NCBI GenBank assembly: GCA_040954595.2
Contig: CM082582.2
Coordinates: 12,731,777-12,795,776 of the forward strand
Origin: Balanoglossus misakiensis
Taxonomy: Eukaryota > Animalia > Hemichordata
Reading direction: 5' to 3'
DNA: 64,000 nt
Under the pieces are notes generated by a model. That model had not been told where the DNA came from. It saw nothing but the letters and a program-made list of their open reading frames with translations, and searched no databases. Below are positions 28,501 through 62,953 of the stretch, piece by piece; positions within the stretch are counted from its first letter, which is position 1, and every line of letters begins with the position of its first letter. The translations under genes were made by a program, and so were the position numbers.

Positions 28501-29535
28501 GTGGTCGTCTGCTGGGCTCCGAAATAAATCCATAAATATTGGTTCAAATTTCTTGAAAATGACGGTAGACACGGCAAAGTTACGCTCCAGGCGATCGACT
28601 TTGTCCCGAAAATCTTGTGACAAGTTAGCCATATCTTCCCATTTCTTCATTTTATTGAAAAACTGTATCAAACTGCAACAAAGAACGATAACTTGTTACC
28701 ACACGCACGCGTCTGGGCGAAATACGGAGCCATGTGAATTTCACTTCCGGATTCGGAATTATTCCCGTGGTTGATAAAAAATAAAGATCAATACATCAAA
28801 ATGGAAAAACCAAGGAGGTCATCTCAACACCAGTCTGACATACAGCTTATTCTGAAATAGTTTGTCAACTTTAATGTGATTGTCGAATGTGATAAATGGG
28901 AACCAGTTACCATACGTACGTACGCGCGCGCGTACCTAAGTACGCACGGTACAGGGCGCGGGCGCGCTCTGTTCCAAATAAACAATGACCGTTTTCACGT
29001 TTGAAAACAACTGTTATGTACACAGTTAGAAATCTACCATATCCCTATACCGATGAAACTCACCTCAGTTTGGCCGATCTCAACAGTCTCGTCAACGAAA
29101 CGCAGTTTCCTTCAACTGCTTCGCTGCTTCCAACCGTTGGCAAGACGGATCTTCGGCATGCAACGTACAAAGCACAGGCCAACCAGTGAAGATCGTCGCC
29201 CTGAAGAATATCACAGACAACACAATTTTTTATCCCAATGCACTTATAACAATATTAAAACTCGCTTGCAAAACAACAGCATTTTGTACGGCAATAGCCT
29301 GACATTCAAGCAATAGACTGTCATTTGGAATATTATCTACCAAAAGTTAAAGGGGCCAACAGAGAGAGATTTAAAATTCACGGGTCTGATTCGTTACCTC
29401 CAGTGTGTAGTTAGTACTGATGTTTTCGTAGGCCTGCCAAGCTTCGTCCTTTGCTGTTCTGTCCATATTTAAATCTGTACATAGTTCTTCATATCGTGAT
29501 CTCGGATCAGAATTTTCCGTGTCGGAGGGAGGCAT
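16535..29535 (-). CDS. RBL1: Retinoblastoma-like pocket protein (p107/p130, RBL1/RBL2 pro-orthologue), 19 coding exons
   Basis: GT-AG exons: 29398-29535 (MPPSD..LCTDLNMD..AWQAYE), 29064-29200 (LHWLACALYVACR..GNCVSLTRLLR), 28472-28672, 25794-25858 (FCWTLFVQVK), 21988-22113 (DDLVNSYHLLLCCLDL), 21384-21544, 21176-21240, 20839-21025, 20342-20728, 20121-20203, 19772-19892, 19252-19480, 18726-18956, 18406-18563, 17983-18159 (IWTCFEH..DRHLDQLIMC), 17634-17811 (FQEIMRCYRLQPQA), 17275-17432 (RGDLIKFYN), 16931-17164, 16535-16720. RB N-terminal, pocket A and pocket B motifs of the p107/p130 type. Confidence 0.95.
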
Positions 29536-29626
29536 TTTGACGGCCAGTTTTCGCTCCGATTTCGCCAGGAAATTAACAATGGCCGTCTAATGGCGACTGA
29601 CTTCAGGTTACGATCTACCAGAGAAA

Positions 29627-29637
29627 TGGCGCGAAAA
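29627..29637 (-). promoter_or_regulatory. E2F binding site (TTTTCGCGCCA) ~90 bp upstream of the RBL start codon
   Basis: Matches the E2F consensus TTTSSCGC. It lies in a CpG-rich 5' region; a GC box (GAGGCGGGGC) is at 29901-29910. Confidence 0.65.
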
Positions 29638-29983
29638 TTTGAGGATTCACTCAACTGCAAAAAAATCTTCTTCCGCAAGATAATCCATTTATCGCGCTTA
29701 AATTGAATTATTATAACGATTTATTGCCATCGTAACAATGATAATTCAATTTGTTATCTTTATATTTAAATTATCTTTAGGTAATTTTTCTCGAGCCTGT
29801 TTCCATCTTGGTCAAGAGCGACAAAATGAAGTATTGACGCGGATTGATATATTTTGAAGTGTACAAATAATTCGGTCCGCGCTTGGCCACGCGCCAGTAG
29901 GAGGCGGGGCGAATGTAGATTGCACGTCAATCAACTTTTACGCAGTTTATCAACAGGGGGCGTTCAGTGAAAGTGGCATGTTA

Positions 29984-29994
29984 TTTTCGCGCCA
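29984..29994 (+). promoter_or_regulatory. Second E2F site (TTTTCGCGCCA), opposite orientation
   Basis: Identical 11-mer to the site at 29627-29637, inverted. Confidence 0.55.
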
Positions 29995-32900
29995 CTCAGC
30001 GTGTGTCTCTGGGCCGCAGAAGGCAAATTTGTCGGGAAAAATACAGCCGAAATTATGAAAGGTCGCCGATTCAATATGTGATCTAGACGTCCTGTGTGCA
30101 CTGAACACACGATGTGTTTATCTAACACAAACAACAGAACCTCTCATAAAAGAGATGCGGTATCATTAGACTAATTACAGATGGTAGTCCCTGTATTTGT
30201 ATTTTTTATTACCAAATCAGATCCCCGCAGAGATCGCTGTTTATACACTTTCCAGACTGACAGGCCGTCTATTAGAGGTCAATAACCCCTGTCCAGTTTC
30301 ACCAGGACCGTTTCTCGCTTGAAACAAACATCTCAGCCGAGGATGACCAAATTTGGACAACCCAGACATGACAGAAAACAGAGACTGTAATCTCGAATTT
30401 GATATAGGATGGAAGCATACTGAGTTGGTCTCACTAGTAAAGTCGACAGCGAAAGTTTTAATATCTCGAACGGCGTGCGCTTCATGAAAAATAATAAACC
30501 AGCCTCAATTTTCGTTCGTCTACACCCGGGCCCACATAAACACGTGCCCTGTGCAATAAACACTGAAAGAGACACCATGTGACGTGACCACGCCCCCACG
30601 ATTAATCCGCGTCAATTTCTTTTATTTATAAATGTAGCATATTGGAACTTTGTATCAAAATATCCAGGTCTCCCAGCCAGTTTTCGCAAACGCTGGTAGT
30701 ATTGTATTGCGTCATTTGCATAATGGTTTTACTACATACAAGCTCACACGCATTGTTGTAGAAAACTGAATTGTCTGGAAAAGTACTGGTTATGTTGGGC
30801 ATTTGAACATTCTGTAGGGCAGGAAACGAGAAACTGCAGTTGATAACATGGGGAAAGATACTTTTAGGGCCATGCCACTGTTCCTTAGTGTTGAAGGGGT
30901 GGGGAGAGAGGGGTGAATACAATATAGACGACACTATTAAGTCTCTGAAACAAAAACAGTACTGTTTTACTGTCATAAAAATAATCACCAAAATTACATC
31001 TCTCATTTCAGATCGACAAACAAAAAATCAATAAATACAATGCGATTAAATAGTTGCCATGGAATTCTTAAATTTATGATGTGGATGCAGAAAAACCAGA
31101 CCACATTGACTTCGGCTGAGATAAAAAGTCAGCTACTTCACATGAAAACTATGCATTCCATTACTCTCTCAATGAAAAATATTCACAGCAGAGAAATAAA
31201 TACACACACAACTGAAAAATAACAGCACACAGTTAGGATTGACAATCACTTCTCAATTTAGATTTTTATTATTTTATTTTTATATTTAATATTTTTTATT
31301 CTACTTTTTTTCCCCATTGTTTTGTTCATCTCTGCCACTGACATAGGCACACACTGGAAATAATAAAAAGTGTTCAAACCTTTTGGAGTCTCAGTAATAG
31401 CCTCAAAAATGTATTTTTTTTGCAGAAATGAGCTCACAGAACTTGATGGTTGGCAAGTTTTGTGCACACAGACAATATTTCCTTTAATCTGCAAGTTTTC
31501 TTTGGTAGTAATTCAGGTCAACATTTTCTAGTTTGAAATGAAAAGCTTTGACCCCCGTCTAATTATCACCCAGATTTTTCACTACCCGAGGGTGAAAGAC
31601 AGTAAGTCACACAAGGCAGTTGTAGGTATACAAAATGTAAATATTTCTTGAAATTCTTTGAACCAGAATTACCTTACTGCAACTTACAATACCAAAGTAT
31701 GATAAAATAAAACGAAATTCCGATTCTATGTACCTGAACCATTCCATATGATAGAACAGATAGATATAAAATGTTGACCTCACAGTACTAAATTTTGCAT
31801 AACTTGTAAGAATCCCTGATATAATTTCCTTAGTTCCTTAAAAGTTTTTACCCTACGATTATTTTGCATATCCTGTCTTTTCAGCAAACCAACAAAATAA
31901 ATACCCCAAAATCTGATGCAAATGGTGATACAAGTAAATGTCAGAGGTTTGTCACAGCTAGGGTTGGTTTTTGGTTTTTAGAAAAATAATTATACAAGAC
32001 CCTGATGTTTTTTGGTTCTCAATGGTTAACATTCAAGGAGTGGGTTTTTCCAGGGTGGGAAAGGTTTGGGGGGTTGGGTGGGCATCACAATTTACATCGA
32101 CAGATATGAGGGAAACATCCAAGACAGAAAAATTACAACACAGTACACATTGAATCCGGGGACTTACATAATAATTTATCTGATCCTGATTGGTTAACAA
32201 AACCCTACCCCTATTGTTCATCATGACTATCAACCAATCAGAAATTGGCTTGTAAAAGTGCTGCACAGGTTGATGGGTACTAATACTGCTGTAAAAATGC
32301 TGTAGAAGCAAGCAATGTTACCCACCACCTCCAATGTTCTTTTCTACAAAAGTATTTACAATCTTAAGAGTTCACATGACGATGCTTTCTGAAAGAGTTA
32401 AAAAAGTATGCACACACTGAGATCACAAACTACATTCTATGCTTGGTATTTTTGTTAGTGACAAAGTACATACATTAGAGTAAATAATTACTAGGTTCTC
32501 ATATTGTCTTTTCAAAACAAAAAAGCTCTATGTCTTTATACCTGCTTGGGTACCAAAAAAAACAACACAGATTTCAGGAAAAATATTTTACTCCAACAGT
32601 ACAATTCAAGAATGAACACTGTGACATGGCAGAAAAGATTTGACCAATGAAACATTGACAATATTGCTGGATCTGGATTTATTTACATCAGCAGCACCAT
32701 AGGAAGATTGGTTGAGAAATTCTCATAATTTAACCAGTTTTATGCTGACTGGCAAAAACCTTCAGTACCAAGTTTGGGCACTGTTTTCATATCATATTTA
32801 TGAGGCTATCATTATGAAATTCCGTATTTTGAAAGGTAGATAGAGTAAGGATTTGTAAAATGAGCATTACATTTCAAGCAGAATCATTTTAATGCTTTTT

Positions 32901-33131
32901 TGAACATTTAAGATGGTGACGACAAAGAAATGCTCACTTTCTGGAAATGTCTCTTTTCTTTTATTAAAAATGCTCACAATAATCATATGAATGACATAAC
33001 AGAATGACATAAGCCCCATGTTAAGAATTTTTGAAAAGGGCAAATCACATTTCATTGGAATGTTGGCGAGATTTTCATGTACTCTCAGTGATAGGATAGT
33101 ATTTCAGCTGGAAAAAAAATGCTTGTTAAAA

Positions 33132-50553
<17,422 letters not shown>

Positions 50554-51756
50554 TTTCACTCCTGTTTCCGAGCTCAAAGTTTTCTCATTTTATATCTGTT
50601 CATTTGTCCATTCCATAACAAATCTTCTTTCTCACAATACCTGTAAATCGCAGAAAACATGATGCCAATATTATATTGTGTATATCAATTTCTATACACC
50701 TGAGCACCAACATTGGGCAAGGCCTGGCCTGAGATGTACCCTCCAGCTATTGTAATCTAATTACACTGCCATAAATACCCAAATTTCCTTCAGTATATCG
50801 TAATTATATGTAGATTTGACTCAAAATTGATAAAATTAAATAAATAAACATATTATTTTACAGAAATATATTCTCTACTTTTGTGAGGAAACAGTACATG
50901 GTGGATGTCACATTTCTTTTTACATAAATTAAGCAGAAGTTCAATTTCCTCGTGAATAAATAAAATTCCTGTGATCAGTTATCTCCCAAGAAGTTTGAAC
51001 AAACTGTACATCCTTGAAACAAAACGGAAATGTCTCGTAAAAATCGACACAATCCAACGTGTCCTACCGTTTCATACTTATTGGGCAAAACATAGAAAGC
51101 ATGGATACAACTATTTACTTATTCATGATCTCTGCTACCTGCTTTCAGTTACAAAACAACTTGGTGATGTTATGTAATCATAACACATTTATGGATAGAC
51201 ATATAAATTAAATTGTAAGATGGCCGCGAAACTAAATTTTCTTCGATCTGAAATGGGGCTACCATTTCAGTTTGCAATACGAGCAACGCAAGCTACCGAA
51301 ACAAACATGAACAAAGCGATACCCCCGACACGTAATTTCGAAGAACAAAGAAATTCGGGGTAGAGGCAGGCAACCATGTTTGGTCTTTTATGTCCGGTAA
51401 TGTTTCTTACATGTATTTATATATTTATGCACTCACGTGTACTACGGTGGTTCAAGTTCAGTTGGATCTGGTTCAGGTGTAAGTTAGCTAAAGATAATTC
51501 GACATATGGAAAGCGACAAACTGGGAAATACATCGACATTTGGTCGGCCACACGACGCGAAAGAACAATGAAAGAAAAGTTTTCCATGGCACACAACGTG
51601 CCGAGTTGAGTGAAATTGAACAGAAATAGACTCACCGAAAACCCCTTGAAAACACGGTCCGAACCCAACGGGTGCCCCTCAAACTTACCTAAACATTAAA
51701 ATACATACTCTACACCAAATTTAAACCATATTTTAGCAGAGGTAAGAGTTACTTAC

Positions 51757-52180
51757 CGCGATATGGGTAGGCGAAAAGCAGAAAAATCGGCCCGAGAAAT
51801 TCGTAGAGTTTGGGCGGCCGAATGCTTTACACCCGATCATTCTGTAGCGTGCGAGGCTAATTTGCACGTTTACAACACACACTGTGATTGGTCGGCATAG
51901 AAGGACATCCTATCAGTCAGAATTGAAATGGTCCGAAATGTACATGATACAGTCAACGTCTTGGTCAGGAAAGCTTAAGTATATTATTTGGTACTCTTTA
52001 CGAGCTAATAATATTTCAATTTTATATGAAAGTATTCACCTGTCTAATATGGTACTACGCAGGGAATAACCAATCAGGTTGACGTTCACAGAATGACCAC
52101 GAAATGGCCGTACACCACGTTCAGAGAATACACTGGCCAATCAGGAACAAGGTCACCAGGAAGTACCCGGATGATTCAGC
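51757..52180 (-). promoter_or_regulatory. Probable CHD promoter and non-coding first exon
   Basis: Consensus donor CG|GTAAGT at 51757/51756; CpG-rich; several CCAAT boxes (~51887, 52070, 52137). The coding exon begins at an acceptor (50640) upstream of its ATG, so a non-coding exon must exist upstream. Confidence 0.5.
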
Positions 52181-54661
52181 TCACAATGGAGTCAGGTGTA
52201 GAGGGCGTGGTTTCACAATCTGTGACAGATCGGTGATTAGCTAAATGCCCATCAATATGACTCACAATGATGAAACTGAAGCGTCATCGTGATGTCAAAC
52301 ATAACGTCACGAATATTTAATAGATGAATCATGTGATCACCACATAAAAAATTGCGCGTGGGAAGAAGTTGGTCATCACAGAAAGAAAGATCACAACTTG
52401 CAAGGTCGATGTGCTAAACATCTAAACACTGTACATTGCAACACATCTGGCCTGGTTTCCATACCCATGTCGCCCTCTTTAGACATATCAAAAGAAACTG
52501 GATCACAGATTCTCATCTTCGCCAGCCAAGATTCATCTATTCAGGCACATAACATCTTCCTTCATAAAGACCATGCTTCAAAGTCATGATGACAGTACCA
52601 GAGCAAATTCTGCATCATGTATGCATCAAACATCACACATACCACAAACTTTCACATCTAAAATGAAATCAAACACTGTACAGGAATTTTGGAAGGTTTT
52701 ATTTTATTTCACTATGCTACTAATATTACATACAATCATTTGTACGTTCCCGATTTGTATCGCCTACACTGTACTAACGATCAATTCAGTAATTTTTTAG
52801 TTCATTGTCTTCTTAATTTTACTAAAACTTTAAATTTGTAGGGTTGGGATGAAAACAGGTTTGGAATATCATTTACTTAGAGTCACAAGTTTCCATGGGG
52901 ATGAGTGAATAGCCATTTATTTTTAAATAGTTTGTACATCAGTGTGCAAAGGGGTCAATAAATACACATGTAGAGTGAATTCTTTTATCTCTAATTATAT
53001 GACAGAGATGTATTTCATGTTCCTTCACTTGGACTAAATTCTTCATTCAAATGTTTGATGGCAATCTTTGAATTTAATTCAGTGGTGAGATTTCATGCAA
53101 ACTTCAAGATCATCTGTTTTGGTTACATAGAATGACTCTCTCTGATATACACTGCAAGCTTATGGTCGTGATTTGCCCAGTTAAACTATTTCTGGGTAAA
53201 AAAATCACAAAGCGTGTTTCAGAATTCAGGAATGTGATGACATACCATAAATTTTTCATTTTTTTTCTGTTTCTTTGTAATGAGACTACATAAATGTAAA
53301 AACCTGGACTCAACATGCAAGTTGGGACCTCAATACTATGGGGTTGCTTTTGAAACCTCCAGGTTTAATGATATCCTCACTGAACTGACCTTTAACCATT
53401 GACAAAACCAGTAGAGCATGCCAGGTTGAAGAAAAAACATCTTTTTTTTTGGGGGGGGGGGGGGGGGAGTCTAATCTTATATAATTACTAGCATCACAAA
53501 CTGTAACACACATTTCCACTTTTTCTATCTTTAAATCTTCATTGTTTAGTAACTAACAGAGAGAAAGACTCTGAAACATGGTGGCACCACTTTCTAATGT
53601 CACCTAGAAAATAACTTAGAATACTATTATCCACCATGCTAGTGTCCACACGTAAAGTCACCTACTTTCACCAACCTACTAGACACTGAACCATATTGCA
53701 ACAAAAATTCCCTCTTCACTCCCTACTTTCATTATGGTTTAACCCACAATGCTGTCACAATTGGCAAAGTTGGACCATTCTATTGGGTGAAGAGGAATAC
53801 ACGATTGAAAATCATACATGTACATGCTTGTTGACACTGCAAACTATGTACAGACGCATATATCACATACTCTCTAAGATGACCATTTTGTTTTTACCAT
53901 TTTTTTAACTTTTCAAAACTTTTTAACAACATTTTTTGTTGGGTTCGACCAGCATTGGCTGCATTGGATCTGTGCCAAATACAAAACTACATAAATTAAA
54001 ATTTGCTGGTGATTTGCCTCCTGAGAAGGAAACGGCTCAATTTACAATCTACACCTACAATTTTTAACCATTTATGGACACAGGTGTTGTTTAGATAGCA
54101 AAATATTTTCACTTAACCTGTTCACCAACATTGTTCCTGCATAATGGTTCAGCTTGTCCATTGAAAACAACAACATTAAACCAACGGAATGGTGGTGAAA
54201 AGGTTAAATTATTAAACTGCCATTACAGGAAGGGAAAAAAATGATAAAGAGAACTTGGACATTTCTCCTGCATAAACCCAGTAACATCTTCTCCTTCCTG
54301 TAAAAATGCTCTCCAGGTATCAATAAAAGTTTACAACATCCAAGATACAGATCTACACATTGTAAATAAGACAAACTATACAAGAATAAGGGGAAGGCTA
54401 GTGTGTTCTGAATATATATTCCTTGTATACACTTACAAATAAAGGATTTACAAAACAATGGCTGGCCTGCAATAATTGAACAGGCACAAGAATTACAACT
54501 CGTGCAAGTATGGGTATATTTATGTTTGACAGAGAAGGCTTGAATGGATATATGCACAGAAGGCTTCTTTCTTGTCAAATGCTGGTAACAAGTTTGATTT
54601 GTCAAAAAAATTGCAGGTACACTGTGAAAGTAAAAATCCAGTTCATTTGGGTCGAAAGTGT

Positions 54662-58725
<4,064 letters not shown>

Positions 58726-58779
58726 TCTGACCGTGTACCTGTTCCTCCCTTACTCTGTCTACGTATCTTCGATTTTTGC

Positions 58780-58890
58780 CAAGTGTCGATGACGTCACCA
58801 GTATACTGGGCATGCGCTTTTATTAAAACAGAGCATGTCGGGATATCTAGGGAAGGCTAGAACCGGAAGTGTAAGAGTGCGGAAAGTTTC
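58780..58890 (-). promoter_or_regulatory. Rab2 proximal promoter motifs
   Basis: Palindromic CRE TGACGTCA (58790-58797), NRF1-like GCATGCGC (~58810) and ETS CCGGAAGT (58863-58870), all within 150 bp of the ATG. Confidence 0.5.
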
Positions 58891-59487
58891 AGAAAGTCGT
58901 GTTTATTATTGTAACTTCACGGTCATTTCATTTTTCTTTTGCTTCAACACGTGGGAGACTAAGTACCGTCAAAATGTCACTGATGTGTTTAGTTCACAGC
59001 GAGGTCTACATGTAGTATGTTATCGTTTTGTGAGTGACTCATGGTCGCGTGAATGGTTCATCCGGTGACCCACTGGCTTTGATATTTTTAGGAACTGGAC
59101 ATCTTTGACTGGTCCTAGTTTTATCCAATTGACAACAATCCCATGTTCCATCATTGACTGATTGTGCTTGACAGTTTTGTTGGTAGAATAAATGGATATG
59201 CCACTGAACTGGATAGAAAAATAAGTCCACGTTACATTGGGTTATTTGTGAACATGATAGCGCCCTCTACCGACCAAAAGTAAATTCCGTACAAGTAAAA
59301 ATAATCAAGGAGGATCTTTATGATTATGAGAAAAAAATTCTTCAATATTTAATGACAAATTTCTTAGAAGTCACATCTAAATTTAGTTGATGTCATTTTA
59401 CATAAATATCTCATTGCACAATGTCCCAGAAAAAAAGCTTATTTTAATACATATTTATAATCAATTGATAATCGATAACTTATTTAA

Positions 59488-59669
59488 TTAAAGGTATACG
59501 GTCACCTCCAATTTACATATAGCCATATATAGTGGAAATGGCGGATTTGAGTGTTCTAAAGAACACTTTATTTTCGCGTGTGCCACCCACTGAAAATCTG
59601 TGATTGGTTAGATCTCAATTTACCATGGTAACTGTGGCTAAATTTGTATAGGTGACCGTATACCTTTAA
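59488..59669. mobile_element. MITE, Kolobok/T2-type, second copy
   Basis: Perfect 20-bp inverted ends TTAAAGGTATACGGTCACCT / AGGTGACCGTATACCTTTAA, including the TTAA target duplication. Confidence 0.88.
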
Positions 59670-59997
59670 GGCAAATCATTTGATATTAAAATCTTCTCAA
59701 GTTACATATATATATAATAATACAACTAAATGTAAAAGTTCTACATTTTACATCTAAATTTTGACTTTAAGTATATCATTGTATATTGAAACATTTATAA
59801 CGCCATAAAAGTGGATATTCAATATTGGAACTTGAACTTCCTTTTAAACAATACTTTATACAAATTTGAGATTCCCTTTAAAAGCATGTTATTATTTACA
59901 GACTAATCTGTATGATTTAAATTATTTCTATAATATTAACAGTATATTTCATTTAAAAATTATTTTAAGATATCAATCTGAAGTCAAAACCCTCTAA

Positions 59998-62018
59998 TCA
60001 TAATAATTGTTCATCACTAGTTATGTTTTGACTTTGGGGATTGGTCACCTCGTAATACTGACTCCCATTTAGTGTGATCTCTCCAACTGTTGGTACCTCA
60101 CCATCAGTATTGCTATTATCCTCTGATTGAGAATCTGTTGGAACTGGAATCCTCACTCCCTTTATGACCAAATCTTCTTCTGAAACTTGTGCTGGAATTT
60201 GCACCGTTTTCTGTACCGGAATGTCTTCCTCGGGGATGATCATAACACTTTCTTCACCGAACGAGTTGTCACCATTCAAAAGCAATGTCTTCACGGCCTT
60301 CTCGTCTTCAGTTGCACCAGCGTCTTCCAAAGACAGGTCAGTGGAGCTGGGAACGAGACTGGTGATGGGTATGTTGCTGAGATCGGAGAAGACTTTGTCG
60401 GGTGAGTGGGATGGTGGGGACACTGGCGTGGTCACAGTGTGCACCTTGTGTGGACTCTGAATTGGAGAGACACTGAACTGGGTCAGGACTTGTTGGCTTG
60501 GTGACACTGTGAGGAATGAGGCACTGGATTGTTTTGGTACACTAGGTGTGTTGATGTACGATCCAGGTGGGAGGTAAGCTGTAATTGGTGCATAGCTGCT
60601 GCTGGATAGAGGCTGTGTCATCTGGTTGCACGATGTTAGCTGAGTAGCTTGGGATTGTACCATTGGTAATTGCAATACAACTGCAAATGGGAAATAGAAC
60701 AATTTCTCCAAATTAATGTTTTGAAATTGACAAGTATAGGCTGCAAAGAAACATACCAAACTATTTTTCATGCATCTTCATCAAATCAGATGTTTTCCCT
60801 CCACGAATGATGAAGTAATGGGGGGGGGGGGGGGGGGAGAATAAAAACTTTTGGTTTACCTTGTCCGTTGTTAGGAGTACCGTCTACAAGGTGAAATTGG
60901 GAGTGTCCACTTTGCATCGCCTGAAACTGATCTCCATGTTTTGCATCTTTGATGATGTAATATTGGGTTGTCGGTCGTGCCTGGTGGTGGCCTGCCTTTT
61001 TGTCTTCTACAACGAAAATACTCTTTTCATCCTGATTGCCACTGGTTCGACACTGCTTCATTTCGGGCGAGTTACTTGCGGTATCGGCGAGCAAAGCTAA
61101 CCCAGGGTATTCTGAATGGTCGTGGCTAGCAGTATGAAATTGCTGGGCGTTCGAAGAAGTCGGCGAAATCAACTGACTAGTGTTCAAATTCTCTTGTTTT
61201 TGCTGACTTCGCTGTGGGAAAAACAACACAGAAGGAGGGATTCCCTGTGGCAAATTTCGCGTGTCGATATTTGCTTGTATGATGTTGTCGCACATACTTC
61301 GTGCAGCATTTCGATCATGTTGATCTGTCGGGTATGGAGCGTATCGGTGTGTGCGGTTATTCGCCATCGTTGGTCTGATCATCGAGCTGCCATTCTTCCA
61401 AGTCGGCCCGGCATTCACATTTTGCATCCTCTGCTGGTTTGGGATATTGACATTTCGATGCGAGCCAAGTAGTTCGCGAAAAGAAGGGAGATGTTGTTTG
61501 AAGACGGGTTGTCGCGCGGGTGCACTGTGGCTTATTTTGGGAGGACGGGGTTGATTAACCTGTTGGTGGTTGTAGCTGTTGTAGTTAGCTTGGGCGGCTG
61601 CTGCTTTTCTTCGACTGGCTGCTGTTGAGCGACGAACATGGACCAACAAATCGGGGCGTGTTTGGAGAAAGTGGGGATGCTGGAAATGATGAATTTCACA
61701 GTTGGCGTTGAAATCAAAAGTCTCGTGACTTCGGGCTGTTGGTATTTTCCGAAACCCGTACAAATTAAGCTGGCGTACGAAACTTGAGAAGTTTTGCGTC
61801 TTGAACATACCGAAGGCATCGTTGAGTACCTCATCTTTGAAAATGGAGCTGTTCACGATTATAGACTTTCCTCCAGGACCCCACTGAATAGACCGATACT
61901 TCTTTTCGCTGCATAATTTCCAAAGTTTTACTGGGAAATTATTCCCCGCAGGAGAGAGATTGGTCTGATAGCTTGCGTTGCCGTTCGCTGGTCGATATTC
62001 AATAGTTGTCGAAGTCAT
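59998..62018 (-). CDS. HSF5: HSF-type DNA-binding-domain protein (HSF5-like), 2 exons (60860-62018, 59998-60680), ~613 aa
   Basis: NNFPVKLWKL..YRSIQW..FKTQNFSSFVRQLNLYGFRK..FQHPHF is an HSF DBD with the HSF5/HSFY-type LNLYGF. A phase-1 GT-AG intron (60681-60859) joins the two long ORFs in frame. No obvious heptad trimerisation region follows the DBD. Confidence 0.8.
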
Positions 62019-62099
62019 GTCGTGAAAAGGATGAATGGAAGTTTGGAAGATGAATGGAAAATTGGAGAACAGGTCCACCAAGTTCGAGTTTTCTTGTTG

Positions 62100-62720
62100 A
62101 ACTGTTCTTCCGTTTCAGTTCTGAAAATTCAACGGTTGCACGTGCTTGATGTAATCGCTGATTGGCTGGCAAGGGGGATGCAATATATTACTGATTTCTG
62201 ATTGGTTAAAAGTTTGCAACAAATGAAACTTAGCCACTTCTTTTTCAAATTCTATCGGGCGCGTGATCACATTCCGCGCGTCGCCGGGCCGCGCGGCCGT
62301 CGATATTCCGCACCACACAGTCTTTGATAAGTCGATATCTTGCTTTACTGTTACCATTGGTTATTATCTTGATGAACAGCATCACTTGACGCGTGTATCA
62401 TCGTAGTGAGAGTTCCCCCAAGATGATTGGAGTCGTACGTATCATAGCAACAGGTCGCCCCAACATGACCGCGGACAAACGTAGGAATAAACTTGTTTGG
62501 CCTCGCGATGGCGCTTTGCGCGTGCTTGATAAGGTCAAAGGTTACATGTCTCTTCTTCTGTTTATCAAAATCATGAGATCATGTATCAGAGACTGTTAAC
62601 AACGTGTGTGTGAGTAGCCACGCAAACCTTGGTAAACGGAGAATATTGCTTAAGGAAAATCTCAGTCGTAACTACCAAGAAATTTACTCGTAGTCGCGAT
62701 CCAGTGTTTTTACTTGTGAA
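62100..62720. promoter_or_regulatory. CpG-rich bidirectional promoter between HSF5-like (-) and SNX16 (+)
   Basis: Head-to-head start codons 935 bp apart; dense CpG (62258-62310); CCAAT boxes at ~62161, 62201 and 62356. Confidence 0.55.
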
Positions 62721-62953
62721 GATCTTGGCGACTCTTTGGAAGGGATGTGCATCGATCAAGTCCATTCAATACACTGTACTACTGGCGCGTTAATTGTTCT
62801 GTGATCTGTGTCCGAGCTGGACCGCGATCGTGTGAAGCAAAGCCCGGTTTTGTCGTGGATGTACAAGATCTGAAGACCAATATGTGTCTGCTGATCGTGA
62901 GAAGGTACGATTTTGTGAAATAGTGCACGACTATAAACCACGCGTCTTCAGCG

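Noticed and set aside
60820-60837. Poly-G run read as polyproline in the ORF track (another run at 53451-53467)
   Set aside because: It lies inside the HSF intron (60681-60859); a simple homopolymer, not coding.
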